Shown piece after piece: positions 10,065-21,003 of a stretch of 64,000 nt of DNA (position 1 is the first letter of the stretch; every line of letters begins with the position of its first letter). The translations under genes were made by a program, and so were the position numbers. Source of the DNA: Acholeplasma sp. (lineage in GTDB: Bacteria; Bacillota_I; Bacilli_A; Acholeplasmatales; UBA5453); NCBI GenBank assembly GCA_036677365.1, contig JAVBWN010000014.1:64001-128000 (forward strand), given 5' to 3'. The notes under the pieces were generated by a model. That model ran no database searches. It was not told where the DNA came from and saw only the letters and a list, made by a program, of their open reading frames with translations.

Positions 10065-10298
10065 ATGATTGAACACAAAAACGGGATGAGATATCCATCG
10101 ATTGACGCCTTATTAGAAAAGGTGGACTCCAAATACAAATTGGCGTATATTTCAGCCAAAAGAGCGAAATCCATTCAAGAAGATAACGACCATTCATCGA
10201 TTGATAAGCCGTTATGCAAAAAGCCAGTGGGAATCGCATTAGAAGAAATTTTACAAGACAAAATTCAAGTGGAATTCGTAGACAAAGTAGCCGAATAA
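10065..10298 (+). CDS. rpoZ: RNA polymerase omega subunit
   Basis: YPSIDALLEKVDSKYKL..AKRA, KPVGIALEEI; follows gmk. Confidence 0.95.
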   Translation: MIEHKNGMRYPSIDALLEKVDSKYKLAYISAKRAKSIQEDNDHSSIDKPLCKKPVGIALEEILQDKIQVEFVDKVAE

Positions 10299-10318
10299 TG
10301 GCTACTTTTCTTTTTTTA
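10284..10318 (+). terminator. Terminator after gmk-rpoZ
   Basis: AAAGTAGCC-GAATAAT-GGCTACTTT followed by a T run. Confidence 0.8.
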
Positions 10319-10345
10319 TGTTAAAATAACACCGAGGTGTTACCA

Positions 10346-12121
10346 TTGGATTTGATTAAAGAAAAGCTCAAAACATTGCCGGAATCCCCGGGGTGTTATT
10401 TGATGCTCAATGCGAAAAATGAAATCATCTATGTCGGTAAGGCGAAAAATCTCAAAAATCGCGTCAGAAGCTATTTTACCGGTTCTCATAACCTAAAGAC
10501 AACGAAGCTCGTCAGCGAGATCGTGGATTTTAATTATGTCCAAACGAATACGGAACGTGAATCCCTCATTTTAGAACTTCACCTCATCAAAGAGAACTTA
10601 CCTCGATATAACATCAAACTGGTGGATGACGCGACGTATCCGTTTATCACCATCACCAATGAAAAAGACCCGAGATTGATTGTTGAAAGAGAATCTACCA
10701 AAGCTTTAGGTAAACGTTTCGGACCCTATCCGAATGTCTATAAAGCCAGAGACACCGTGAAGCTACTAAATAAGATATACCCTTTACGTAAATGTGAAAA
10801 AATGCCCAAAAAGGCCTGTTTATACTATCACTTAAACCAATGCCTCGCGCCGTGTATCCAAAAAGAACCGATTGACTATAAACCGATCATCCAAGAAATC
10901 ACTGCGTTTTTAAAAGGGGATACCAAAAAAGTGGTTCAAGATTTAAAAACGCAAATGTATCAAGCCTCCGATGCTTTACAATTTGAACAGGCGTTGGAAT
11001 ACAAGGAAATGATCGATTCCATTGAGTTTACAACCGAAAAACAACTCATCAGCCTAAACGATTTCCAAGATCGTGATTTTATCGCTTTCCATGGTGACCA
11101 TGAGGATGTTTCGATTCAAATCCTCAAAATGCGTGCGGGTAAAATCATCGATGTCAAATCTGAAATTTTTAGCTATGTGGGGTCCATTCAAGACGCTGTG
11201 AATGAGTATGTTTTACAAAGTTATGAAGATAAAACCAAGTGGCCAGATGAACTGCTGTTTTCAGAACTATTTTTGATGGCTGATTTAGAGATGATGTTTG
11301 GAAAGAAAGCACAAATCCCTAAAATTGGCGACAAGAAAAAACTGGTGGATATGGCGTTTAAAAATGCAAAGTATGATTTCGAAAATTACCGTTATTTAAA
11401 CCGCATTCAATCGGAAAAAACCAAAGAAGCAGAAGATGCATTCAAAACACTCATTGGCTTAGAAGATATTGAACACATTGAAATATTTGATAACGCTCAT
11501 TTATTTGGCGATGCCAGTGTTTCAGCGATGGTTGTCTTCAAATCTGGAAAACCATCGAAATCAGATTATCGAAAATACCACATCAAACAAGCCGCTAAAA
11601 TGGATGATTATGGGGCGATGCGTGAAGTCATCTACCGTAGGTATCAAAAAGCGTTGTTAGAAAATACCAAACTACCGGATTTGATCATCATTGATGGCGG
11701 TAAGGGCCAAGTGGGTGTCGCTTTAGACACCATCGAATCTTTGGGTCTTTCTATCCCGATGATTGGTTTAAAGAAAAACGATAAACACCAACTCGAAGCG
11801 ATTGTGTATCAAAATGCCATTTATCCACTCGATAAATCCAGTTATCTGTATACCTACTTAGGTAAAATGAGCAATGAAGTGCACCGTTTCGCAATCTCAT
11901 TTCATAAACAAACACGCGCCAAAGCATTGATTCGAAGTCAACTCGATGGTATCATAGGAATTGGTGAAAAGCGTAAAACAAAACTTTTAGAAACCTTTGT
12001 TACGATTGACGCGATGAAACAAGGCGACATCGAAACGTATAAAAACATCGGTATCAATGAAACATTGCGTGAGCGAATCATCACCCACTTAACGTTATTA
12101 GAAAAGAAGGCAACTGAATGA
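10346..12121 (+). CDS. uvrC: Excinuclease ABC subunit C (TTG start 10346; alternative GTG 10337)
   Basis: GIY-YIG (PGCYLM..YVGKAKNLKNRVRSYF), Cys cluster, IEIFDNAH, DGGKGQ, HRFA, HhH. Confidence 0.97.
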   Translation: MDLIKEKLKTLPESPGCYLMLNAKNEIIYVGKAKNLKNRVRSYFTGSHNLKTTKLVSEIVDFNYVQTNTERESLILELHLIKENLPRYNIKLVDDATYPFITITNEKDPRLIVERESTKALGKRFGPYPNVYKARDTVKLLNKIYPLRKCEKMPKKACLYYHLNQCLAPCIQKEPIDYKPIIQEITAFLKGDTKKVVQDLKTQMYQASDALQFEQALEYKEMIDSIEFTTEKQLISLNDFQDRDFIAFHGDHEDVSIQILKMRAGKIIDVKSEIFSYVGSIQDAVNEYVLQSYEDKTKWPDELLFSELFLMADLEMMFGKKAQIPKIGDKKKLVDMAFKNAKYDFENYRYLNRIQSEKTKEAEDAFKTLIGLEDIEHIEIFDNAHLFGDASVSAMVVFKSGKPSKSDYRKYHIKQAAKMDDYGAMREVIYRRYQKALLENTKLPDLIIIDGGKGQVGVALDTIESLGLSIPMIGLKKNDKHQLEAIVYQNAIYPLDKSSYLYTYLGKMSNEVHRFAISFHKQTRAKALIRSQLDGIIGIGEKRKTKLLETFVTIDAMKQGDIETYKNIGINETLRERIITHLTLLEKKATE

Positions 12122-12957
12122 AACGAGTCATTCATCAAATCAACGAAACCCACCACTATTTCACTTGTATCGTCGATGGTAAAGAAGAAGCTTACTATTT
12201 GACCAAAGCCCAAGCGAAAAAGTTTTTTGATTATTTAGATCAAGGCTATATCGTTGATTTTGAGTTATACAATAAAAGAAAAATCATTTTTGGCCGTTAT
12301 GCTTGGCAAGTCGCTTATTTCAGTTCGATTGAACGACCTAGCTACCGTGTAAATAAGATGCTGTATGATTTAAGTCACATCCGACATCAAATGAAATCGA
12401 TCCTACAAGGGTTTGGTTATTTGTTGTTTTTAGATTTAGAAATGACGATGCCACCCTATTATAAAGGCCCATTTGAAGCAGAAATCATTCAGGCTGGGTA
12501 CATCCTAAGAAGTCCTTTGGGTGAGATTGTTCAACAAGGGTCGATGTACATAAAACCAACCAAATATAAAAAGATTTCTCCACGCACCGAAAAATTCTTA
12601 AAACTCGACCAAAACTATTATGATTTAGCCATCGATTACCATATCTTTTATACCCAATTGCGTGATATGATAGACATGTATGGTCCAAAAATCATCGTTT
12701 GGGGAAAAAATGACATGCTCGCTTTAAAAGCGTCCTATGTCATCAATGAAGTTGAACCCTTGGCCGATACCAGTGCATTTGTTAATCTCTTACAAATCCA
12801 CAAAACCTATTACAACCTTTCCGATGATTTAGGTCTATTCAAAGCCTATGAAATCTATTATCACGATACCTATCATCAAACCCATGACGCCTTAGACGAC
12901 GCCAAAGTGACATTAATGGTATATGAAGCTTTACTCAAAGAAATGAAGGGGGCTTAA
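12118..12957 (+). CDS. DEDDh 3'-5' exonuclease (KapD/ERI-like) with N-terminal extension
   Basis: FLDLEMT, WGKND, HDALDDA motifs; ATGA overlap with uvrC stop. Confidence 0.8.
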   Translation: MKRVIHQINETHHYFTCIVDGKEEAYYLTKAQAKKFFDYLDQGYIVDFELYNKRKIIFGRYAWQVAYFSSIERPSYRVNKMLYDLSHIRHQMKSILQGFGYLLFLDLEMTMPPYYKGPFEAEIIQAGYILRSPLGEIVQQGSMYIKPTKYKKISPRTEKFLKLDQNYYDLAIDYHIFYTQLRDMIDMYGPKIIVWGKNDMLALKASYVINEVEPLADTSAFVNLLQIHKTYYNLSDDLGLFKAYEIYYHDTYHQTHDALDDAKVTLMVYEALLKEMKGA

Positions 12958-12959
12958 CC

Positions 12960-13664
12960 ATGAACTTTTACAACAATTTCGCGATGTATTATGACAAAAT
13001 ATTCCCACGTAACCCTAAAGTGATTCAATTCATGGATCGCGCCTTTAAACAAGGTCATATCCTCGATGTGGCGTGTGGTACGGGTGAATATTCGGTCTCC
13101 TTAGCCCATTTGAATTATCAAGTCACCGGTTTAGATTTATCTGAGCAGATGATTCAATATGCCCAAGCGAAAGCCGTCAATGAAAAAGTCAAAGTCAACT
13201 TTCGTGTTCAAAATATGCTGGATTTACAAGACCAATCGATGTATGAAGGCATCATTTGTATCGGTAACTCCTTAGTCCACCTCGATTCTGAAAAAGAAAT
13301 CAATCAAGCCTTACATAATATGTATCAAGCCCTCAAACCCCATGGTTCAGTGATCATCCAAGTCATCAACTACGATTTGATCTTAGAAAAAAAGTTACCG
13401 GGATTATCGACGGTCACGAACCAAGAATACTCATTTTATCGAAACTATGAGTTTGATGGCAGTAAAATTCACTTTAAAACCAGACTTACCGATGGCTTAA
13501 GGGTCTTTGTTGATGAAACGTTACTATTCCCACTCAAACACCAATCTTTGATGGCATTATTGACTCAAGCAGGGTTCAAAGACATCAAAACGGTGGGCGG
13601 ATTCTCACACGATTCATTCGATTTAAAACAAGACATCACCTATGTCGTCACAGCGAAAAAATAA
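12960..13664 (+). CDS. Class I SAM-dependent methyltransferase
   Basis: ILDVACGTG, GLDLSEQM, CIGNSLVH, LKPHG. Confidence 0.9.
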   Translation: MNFYNNFAMYYDKIFPRNPKVIQFMDRAFKQGHILDVACGTGEYSVSLAHLNYQVTGLDLSEQMIQYAQAKAVNEKVKVNFRVQNMLDLQDQSMYEGIICIGNSLVHLDSEKEINQALHNMYQALKPHGSVIIQVINYDLILEKKLPGLSTVTNQEYSFYRNYEFDGSKIHFKTRLTDGLRVFVDETLLFPLKHQSLMALLTQAGFKDIKTVGGFSHDSFDLKQDITYVVTAKK

Positions 13665-13684
13665 AAAAGGGCTCGGCCCTTTTT
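13663..13684. terminator. Bidirectional terminator
   Basis: AAAAAAGGGC-TCG-GCCCTTTTT between convergent genes. Confidence 0.8.
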
Positions 13685-13687
13685 CTT

Positions 13688-15391
13688 TTATTCGATTGCT
13701 GGTTTTTGAGTTAGCGACATGATGATCGGGATGAGCATCGGTTTACGTTGAGTCAAGTTTTTGACGTATTCCGATACTTGGTCGACAATGGCTTGTTTTA
13801 ACAATGTTTCTGTGAATTGTTTGCGAGAAAACTCAGTATTAAGCACTTCTTTGGCTTTCGCTGCGATGCCGTTGGTTATTTCTTCGTTGCCTTTCATATA
13901 GATGAAACCACGAGAAATGACGGTGGGGTCTGTGAGCAATTTACGGTTGACTGGGTCAATGGTTAAGACAATCGACAACAACCCATCTTCGGACAACAAT
14001 TTACGTTCTTTAATGATGGCACTACCAATGTCACCAATACCGGTACCATCGATATAGATATCGCCTGCTTGAACACGGCCAGCATAACGGATGGTTTCAC
14101 TGTTTAAAGCAGCGACATCCCCATTGTCCATGATGAGCACATGATTGGGTTCAACACCAAGCTGTACAGCGAGTTCTTTATGGTGTTTGAGCATACGGTG
14201 TTCACCGTGCATTGGAATGAAGTATTTCGGACGAATCAAGGATAACATCAATTTCAAATCGGGTTGATTGCCATGGCCTGAAGTATGGGTATCGGCGACC
14301 GGGCCATTGATGATGACAGATACATCCCTACGGTATAATTGGTCAATCGTTTTATTGACCGATTCTTGATTCCCCGGGATTGGTGAACTCGAGAAGATGA
14401 CCGTATCGCCAGGCTGGGTTTTGATTTGACGGTGGGTCCCATTCGCGATTCTTGATAAAGCGGCTAAAGGTTCCCCTTGAGAACCTGTACATAAAATGGT
14501 CACTTCATTGGCTTTGAAATTGTTGATTTCATCGGCTGTAACAATGACCCCCTTAGGGGCTTTGATGTACCCTGTTTGTTGACCAATTTCCATCGCACGT
14601 TCCATCGAACGCCCAAAAACAGCCAACTTACGGTTATTCTTATAAGACGCTTCGACGATTTGTTGCATACGATACATATTGGATGCGAAAGTCGCGATGA
14701 TGATGCGTCCAGTCAATTTCGAAAATATTTCATTGATGGCGTTACCGACGGTACGTTCTGAGGGGGTCAAACCATCGCGTTCAGCGTTGGTTGAATCCGA
14801 TAATAAACACAGAACACCTTCATTGCCGATGGCTGCGAGTTTTTCATATTCTGCCGCAGGACCCACAGGGGTGTAATCGATTTTGAAGTCCCCGGTATGG
14901 AACAAGATGCCTTGTTTGGTTCTAAAGACAAACCCAAACATGTCGGGTATGGAGTGATTCAAACGGATGAATGACAATTCTACATTGCCAAAATTGTAGG
15001 TATGGTGGGATTTGAATTCTATGATGGTAGGTGGTTTAACATCTTTATGTTCGAGAATTTTATGTTCAATGAAATCTACAGCGATGCCCGCAGCGTATAC
15101 TTTGGGTATTTTGACCTGTTTCAATAAATAAGGGATACCACCGATGTGGTCTTCATGACCATGGGTCACGAATAAACCGACAATACGATCTTGGTTATCG
15201 ATCAAATATTGATAATCAGGAATGACATAATCGATGCCTAACAATGAATCGTCTGGGAATAAAATCCCAGCGTCCACCACAAAAATCTTATCTTCAATTT
15301 CATACACATACGTGTTTTTACCGACCTCACCGAGGCCACCTAAGGCAAAAATGCCAATTTCGCCGTCTTTAAGCAGCGTGTTTTTACTCAT
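13688..15391 (-). CDS. rnj: Ribonuclease J
   Basis: LGGLGEVGKN, THGHEDHIG, HSIPD, TGDFK, HTSGH, PMHGE. Confidence 0.97.
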   Translation of the reverse strand: MSKNTLLKDGEIGIFALGGLGEVGKNTYVYEIEDKIFVVDAGILFPDDSLLGIDYVIPDYQYLIDNQDRIVGLFVTHGHEDHIGGIPYLLKQVKIPKVYAAGIAVDFIEHKILEHKDVKPPTIIEFKSHHTYNFGNVELSFIRLNHSIPDMFGFVFRTKQGILFHTGDFKIDYTPVGPAAEYEKLAAIGNEGVLCLLSDSTNAERDGLTPSERTVGNAINEIFSKLTGRIIIATFASNMYRMQQIVEASYKNNRKLAVFGRSMERAMEIGQQTGYIKAPKGVIVTADEINNFKANEVTILCTGSQGEPLAALSRIANGTHRQIKTQPGDTVIFSSSPIPGNQESVNKTIDQLYRRDVSVIINGPVADTHTSGHGNQPDLKLMLSLIRPKYFIPMHGEHRMLKHHKELAVQLGVEPNHVLIMDNGDVAALNSETIRYAGRVQAGDIYIDGTGIGDIGSAIIKERKLLSEDGLLSIVLTIDPVNRKLLTDPTVISRGFIYMKGNEEITNGIAAKAKEVLNTEFSRKQFTETLLKQAIVDQVSEYVKNLTQRKPMLIPIIMSLTQKPAIE

Positions 15392-15505
15392 ATTAAAATC
15401 CTCCTTTTCAGGATATCGCAGTAGTTTAAATACATTTTACATGAAATGAACTTAAATTCATAGTCTAATGCACAAAATAATGGTAAAATGATGCAGGTGA
15501 TAAAG

Positions 15506-16282
15506 ATGAAGACTGCATTATTTTTTGATGTGGATGGAACGATGTTCGATAATGAACGTCAATTGATCCACCCATCCACACGTTATTTAATAGAAACCTT
15601 AGCCAAAGACGACAGATACATTTTAGGTCTCGCAACGGGTCGAAGTTTGGAACAACTCGATGCGATCAAAGAGATCAGAGACCTCTTTAAAGTAAAAATT
15701 GTCATCAATGGGGCGGTATCCTACATTCAAAATGAATTTGTTTATGGTAGACCGATTGATGTAACAGATTGTGAAGCGGTACTAAAATACGCCAATAGTA
15801 TCCATACAGGCATAGGATTTATTGGTAAAGACAGACACTGTGTAACGATGAACAATGAAACGGTGAGAGAAGCCTTAAGAGACTTTTCAATGGCGATGCC
15901 ACCGGTAAATCCGTTGTTTTATTTGGAAGAACCGGTCTATCAAATCTGGGTATTTTCAGACAACCGTGCTTTGATCGATAAGTTCAAACAAAAATTCAAA
16001 CATTTAAGAATTTTCAATTGGCACAAAGATGGGGCGGATATCGTTCACCCTGAGGTCTCTAAAGGGGACGCCATCACCCACGTGAAATCGTTATTGGGCG
16101 TCGATAAAGTCATCGCGTTTGGTGATGGTGAAAACGACGTCGAAATGATTCAAATCGCCGACATTGGGGTAGCGATGGGCAACACCAGAAGTGAGGCATT
16201 AAAAAAAGGCGCGACGATGATCGCACCTCGAATCGACGAAGATGGGTTGTTTCAAGCGGCTAAAACATTGAATCTACTTTAG
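15506..16282 (+). CDS. Cof-type HAD-IIB hydrolase
   Basis: FFDVDGT, ATGR, SKG, FGDGENDVEM; start 15506 after AGGTGA. Confidence 0.9.
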   Translation: MKTALFFDVDGTMFDNERQLIHPSTRYLIETLAKDDRYILGLATGRSLEQLDAIKEIRDLFKVKIVINGAVSYIQNEFVYGRPIDVTDCEAVLKYANSIHTGIGFIGKDRHCVTMNNETVREALRDFSMAMPPVNPLFYLEEPVYQIWVFSDNRALIDKFKQKFKHLRIFNWHKDGADIVHPEVSKGDAITHVKSLLGVDKVIAFGDGENDVEMIQIADIGVAMGNTRSEALKKGATMIAPRIDEDGLFQAAKTLNLL

Positions 16283-16762
16283 TGCCCGTTTAATCCCTGC
16301 GATGATTTCCGGTAAGATTTCATTGGGGACATACATCGATATATCGGCGTTATAGGCTACCAACTCTTTAATGGCAGAAGATGAAACGTACGTATGTTTA
16401 TAAGATGGAAACAAAATGACCGTTTCGATGTTGGGATTTAAGTTACGGTTAAAATGGTATAACGCAATCTCGTTTTCGAAATCTTTCATATTACGCAACC
16501 CACGAATCAGTGTGGTTGCTTTATTTTTTTCTGCGAATCTGACGACCAAGTCATTGGTTTTAGATACATAAATGTTGGGGACTTGCGCGGTCACTTTTTT
16601 AATCATTTCGACGCGTTCATTGGGGGTAAAAATGGGGTGTTTTTCACTGTTTTCAGTGACCAACACATACAAAGTTTCAAATTGTTTTGCAGCCCTCAAC
16701 ATGATGTCAAGGTGACCTAAAGTAATGGGGTCAAAGGAACCTGCGTATACAGCATTGCTCAT
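16274..16762 (-). CDS. coaD: Phosphopantetheine adenylyltransferase
   Basis: YAGSFDPITLGHLD, IRGLR, VSSSAIKE; start MSNAVY at 16762. Confidence 0.96.
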   Translation of the reverse strand: MSNAVYAGSFDPITLGHLDIMLRAAKQFETLYVLVTENSEKHPIFTPNERVEMIKKVTAQVPNIYVSKTNDLVVRFAEKNKATTLIRGLRNMKDFENEIALYHFNRNLNPNIETVILFPSYKHTYVSSSAIKELVAYNADISMYVPNEILPEIIAGIKRALK

Positions 16763-16855
16763 GGTATCACTCTCTTTTATTTTTAGTATACCATATTTCA
16801 AATAGTGATTTTCAAAAAACGTTCGATGTGATAAAATAGCCATGAGGTGTTTCAC

Positions 16856-17254
16856 ATGCATGCATACAAACGAAGTGTTGTTTTACAATTAGGTGTATTC
16901 GGATTTTTCTTTTTCTATGGGTTAGATAATATTTTATTCACGTTGATGGAAAGAACCGTCCCAGTCATCATCGGTGAGTTGGTCATCACATTGATCCTCA
17001 TAGGTGTTTTTCTATACTTTTATTATAAGACCCCAAAAGAAGTGGTCTATGTGGTCAAGAAAGCAGCCATGGATAAAATCAAGTATGTATTATATACAGT
17101 CGCGTTTTCTTTATTGATCAGCATTGTTTTCAGCGGATTTCAAGCGATTGAAGGTTTAGAACTCTACGCTGAAATCATCACTGGGGCGATCACCAGTTTG
17201 GCAGGTCTATATGGGGTTTACGTGGGTTTAGAAATCATTCAACAAAACAAATAA
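16856..17254 (+). CDS. Hypothetical 4-TM membrane protein
   Basis: Four hydrophobic segments; GAGGTG RBS; terminator follows. Confidence 0.7.
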   Translation: MHAYKRSVVLQLGVFGFFFFYGLDNILFTLMERTVPVIIGELVITLILIGVFLYFYYKTPKEVVYVVKKAAMDKIKYVLYTVAFSLLISIVFSGFQAIEGLELYAEIITGAITSLAGLYGVYVGLEIIQQNK

Positions 17255-17296
17255 GCATCCAGCGATGGGTGTTTTTTTTCACATAAAAACAAAATG

Positions 17297-17347
17297 GTTG
17301 ACTGCTCAACTACATGTGCGTATAATAGAGTCAGTTGATGACTCAAC
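17297..17347 (+). promoter_or_regulatory. Sigma70 promoter with two GTTGA-N4-TCAAC palindromic operators (probably MarR)
   Basis: -35 TTGACT 17298, 17 bp spacer, -10 TATAAT 17321; palindromes at 17297-17310 and 17334-17347. Confidence 0.8.
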
Positions 17348-17366
17348 CATAAAAAAGGAGACACTT

Positions 17367-19145
17367 ATGCTCAAATTATTCAAGTACTTTAAATGGTGGT
17401 ATTACCCACTCATATTGCTCATTCTTGGGCTCACATTGATTCAAGTTGAACTCGATTTAGATTTGATTGACTACATGCGTGAAATCATCACCTTGGTAGG
17501 CAAAGCGAACATCACCGGGGAATCACAAACCACAGCGATTTTAAATCAAGGGTTGGAGATGCTTGGAATCTCACTCGTATCGATTTTGATCACCATCGTC
17601 ATTTATTACATCTCAGCCCGCATTGGCGCGAATTTCGTCAAGCATTTGAGAAAACAACTCTATGACAGAATTCATGATTTTTCACTCGAAGAAATCAACC
17701 AATTTCAAACCAGCTCATTGATCACGCGTTCTACCAATGACATCACTCAAGTTCAAATGGTGGTCATTGTATTGTTACGCTTGGCTTTTGCTGCACCGAT
17801 CATGGCGGTGCGTGCGATTCAAAAGATTGTGGATATCGATTTAACCTTATCGATGCCGATAGCGATCGCCATCATCGTCATTATTTTAATGATTTCAGTC
17901 ATTTTCATTTTTGTTACACCGTTATTTTCAAAAGTTCAAAACCTCACCGATGATTTAAACCAAGTCACGAGAGAAAACCTCACAGGATTAAGGGTTGTCC
18001 GTGCGCACAACGCTGAAGGTTATGAACATTCAAAATTCAAGAAGGTCAATAATGAACTCACCCGCATGAATCTATACGTCAACCGTGCGATGCAAATGAT
18101 GATGCCAGGGATGATGCTTGTCATGAATGGGGTATCGCTTGCAGTCACATGGATTGCAGCCATACTCATTCAAAATCAAGATTTAGGGGCGAATCCACTC
18201 GAAGGGATTGCCATCCAGTCACAATTTTCAATCTATGGTATCCGCATACTGTTTGCGTTCATGACACTCACGATGCTATTCATCATGGTGCCTAGAGGGG
18301 CCGTGTCTGGCAGAAGAATTTACGAAGTTTTAAAGACAACACCCAAAATCAAAGACCCAGAACAACCCAAAGAGATGCCATCCGATCAAGCAGTGGAAGT
18401 CGAATTCAACAATGTTTGTTTTAAATACCCACTCGCCAAAGAATGTGTATTAGAAAACATCTCATTCAAAGCCAAAGCAGGACAAACGGTTGCGTTCATT
18501 GGTTCCACAGGCAGTGGTAAATCCACCATCATCAACTTGATACCCAGATTTTACGACGTGACCAGTGGTTCGATAACCCTCAATGGGGTCGATATCCGTG
18601 AAATTAGACAAAAAGATTTACTGAACTACATCGGCTACATCCCACAAAAAGGCTTGTTATTCTCGGGTACCATTGAATCCAATTTGAAAATTGGTAAAGT
18701 GGATGCGACAGAAGAAGAGATGATTCAGGCGTTAAAAACCGCCCAAGCTTATGATTTTGTCATGGAAAAAGAAAACCAACTCCAAGCAGAAGTAGCCCAA
18801 GGGGGTAAAAACTTCTCTGGGGGACAAAGACAACGTTTGTGTATTGCAAGAGCCATCATCAAACAACCTAAGATTTATATTTTTGATGATTCTTTCTCTG
18901 CTTTGGATTATCAAACCGACCGCAAATTGCGTGGTGCTTTGAAAGAACAAACGAAATCTGCCATCAACTTCATCGTTGCCCAACGTATCGGTACCATCAT
19001 GAATGCCGATCAAATCATCGTGCTCGACCAAGGCAAAGCGGTGGGCATTGGCACACATAAATCCTTATTAAGTACCAACAAAGTATACCAAGAAATGGCG
19101 TACTCACAACTATCGAAGGAGGAACTCGAAGATGCAAGCCTCTAA
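17367..19145 (+). CDS. Heterodimeric multidrug ABC exporter subunit A (TMD+NBD, degenerate site)
   Basis: SSLITRSTND, GSTGSGKS, FSGGQRQR, IFDDSFSALD, VAQR; start 17367 after AAGGAG. Confidence 0.92.
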   Translation: MLKLFKYFKWWYYPLILLILGLTLIQVELDLDLIDYMREIITLVGKANITGESQTTAILNQGLEMLGISLVSILITIVIYYISARIGANFVKHLRKQLYDRIHDFSLEEINQFQTSSLITRSTNDITQVQMVVIVLLRLAFAAPIMAVRAIQKIVDIDLTLSMPIAIAIIVIILMISVIFIFVTPLFSKVQNLTDDLNQVTRENLTGLRVVRAHNAEGYEHSKFKKVNNELTRMNLYVNRAMQMMMPGMMLVMNGVSLAVTWIAAILIQNQDLGANPLEGIAIQSQFSIYGIRILFAFMTLTMLFIMVPRGAVSGRRIYEVLKTTPKIKDPEQPKEMPSDQAVEVEFNNVCFKYPLAKECVLENISFKAKAGQTVAFIGSTGSGKSTIINLIPRFYDVTSGSITLNGVDIREIRQKDLLNYIGYIPQKGLLFSGTIESNLKIGKVDATEEEMIQALKTAQAYDFVMEKENQLQAEVAQGGKNFSGGQRQRLCIARAIIKQPKIYIFDDSFSALDYQTDRKLRGALKEQTKSAINFIVAQRIGTIMNADQIIVLDQGKAVGIGTHKSLLSTNKVYQEMAYSQLSKEELEDASL

Positions 19146-21003
19146 TAAAAAGACTGCGCCAGCGATGGGTCCAGGACACGGCCCTGGCAGCATGTCGCGT
19201 TTCATGGGTCAAAAACCGAAGAACTTCAAACAATCGATGAAAAAACTCATCAAGCATTTGAAGCCATTTTATCGTCCAATCATCATTTCACTCATCCTCG
19301 CAGCCGCTTCCACGGTATTCAACATCTTTGGTCCTAGAATGATCGGGGATATGATCAACGCCGTCAGTGATGGCGTCAGTATGGCAGGTCCGGGTAGTTT
19401 CATTGTCGACATCGATTTTGAACTGGTCAACCGTTTAGGGTTCATCTTGATTGGTCTCTATGTGACCAGTTATGTCTTCAACATCGCTCAATCATTCTTA
19501 CTCACCAAAGTAACACAACGATTGAACCAATCGCTAAGAAACGACATTTCACTCAAAATCAACCGTATGCCATTATCGTATTTTGATTCGAGAAGTTATG
19601 GCGATGTCTTATCGGTGGTCACCAACGATATCGATACCATCAGTAACTCATTAAATCAAGCCGTCACAGCGATGATTACCTCAGTCACGTCAATGATTGG
19701 GATCCTCATCATGATGCTCACCATTTCGTGGCAATTGACTTTGGTGACGTTAGCCTTATTACCCCTATCCATCCTCGCGATTAAAATCATCATGGGCAAT
19801 GCACGAAAATACTTCAGAGCTCAACAAAAAACATTGGGTGCACTCAATGGACACATTGAAGAGATGTACAGTGGTCACCAATTGATTAAAGTATTCAACG
19901 CCAAACAAAACATTGAAGGCGAATTCAATGTGAACAATGAAGGTCTTGAATCGAGTGCGTATAAATCCCAATTCTTATCGGGATTGATGATGCCTGTGAT
20001 GGGCTTCATTGGCAACTTATCGTATATTTCTGTGGCTGTGTTTGGGGGGTATTTGGCCGCGACGAGACAACTTGAGGTAGGTTATATTTTATCGATGATT
20101 CAATACAACCGCCGTTTTACCAACCCGATGGACCAAATTGCTCAATCCCTCACCCAACTTCAAAGTGCGGCTGCGGCAGCAGAACGTGTCTTTGAATTCT
20201 TAGAAGAAAAAGAAATGGCCAACGAACAAGCCTTAGAAAGCGCTGTTTTGAAACCGGCTGGGAACATTGAATTTAAACACGTCAAGTTTGGATATACACC
20301 GGATCGTGTCATCATCAAAGATTTCAATTTAAGCGCGAAATCTGGACAAAAAATCGCGATTGTTGGACCTACCGGGGCGGGTAAGACCACCTTGGTAAAC
20401 CTCCTCATGAAGTTCTATGAAATTCAAGAAGGGGACATCATCATCGATGGCCAATCGATCCATGATTTAAGACGCGAAGCGGTCCACCATCAGTTCGGAA
20501 TGGTTTTACAAGATGCCTGGTTATTCACAGGAACGATTTATGATAACCTGCGCTATGGTAATCCGAAAGCAACCAGGGAAGAAGTCAAGCAAGCGGCCAT
20601 CACCGCCAACATCGACCACTTCATTGAATCCCTACCTGGTGGGTATGATTATGTCATGACCGAGGAATCTGGGATTTCGTCGGGTCAAAGACAGCTCTTA
20701 ACGATTGCGAGAGCCATGGTCACGAATGCACCAATGTTGATTTTAGATGAAGCAACCTCTTCAGTCGATACCCGTACTGAAATGCTCATTCAAAAAGCGA
20801 TGGATACCTTGATGAGTAACCGCACATCCTTTGTCATTGCACACCGATTATCGACCATCAAAAACGCCGATACCATCTTAGTCATGAATGAAGGCGACAT
20901 CATTGAGAGTGGGTCACACGATGAACTCATGTTGAAAGCGGGTTTCTATGCGAAACTCTATCAATCACAATTCGACAGGAAGAACCAATATGCAACCGAA
21001 TAA
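19132..21003 (+). CDS. Heterodimeric multidrug ABC exporter subunit B
   Basis: GPTGAGKT, ISSGQRQ, LDEATSSVD, IAHRLST. Confidence 0.92.
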   Translation: MQASNKKTAPAMGPGHGPGSMSRFMGQKPKNFKQSMKKLIKHLKPFYRPIIISLILAAASTVFNIFGPRMIGDMINAVSDGVSMAGPGSFIVDIDFELVNRLGFILIGLYVTSYVFNIAQSFLLTKVTQRLNQSLRNDISLKINRMPLSYFDSRSYGDVLSVVTNDIDTISNSLNQAVTAMITSVTSMIGILIMMLTISWQLTLVTLALLPLSILAIKIIMGNARKYFRAQQKTLGALNGHIEEMYSGHQLIKVFNAKQNIEGEFNVNNEGLESSAYKSQFLSGLMMPVMGFIGNLSYISVAVFGGYLAATRQLEVGYILSMIQYNRRFTNPMDQIAQSLTQLQSAAAAAERVFEFLEEKEMANEQALESAVLKPAGNIEFKHVKFGYTPDRVIIKDFNLSAKSGQKIAIVGPTGAGKTTLVNLLMKFYEIQEGDIIIDGQSIHDLRREAVHHQFGMVLQDAWLFTGTIYDNLRYGNPKATREEVKQAAITANIDHFIESLPGGYDYVMTEESGISSGQRQLLTIARAMVTNAPMLILDEATSSVDTRTEMLIQKAMDTLMSNRTSFVIAHRLSTIKNADTILVMNEGDIIESGSHDELMLKAGFYAKLYQSQFDRKNQYATE

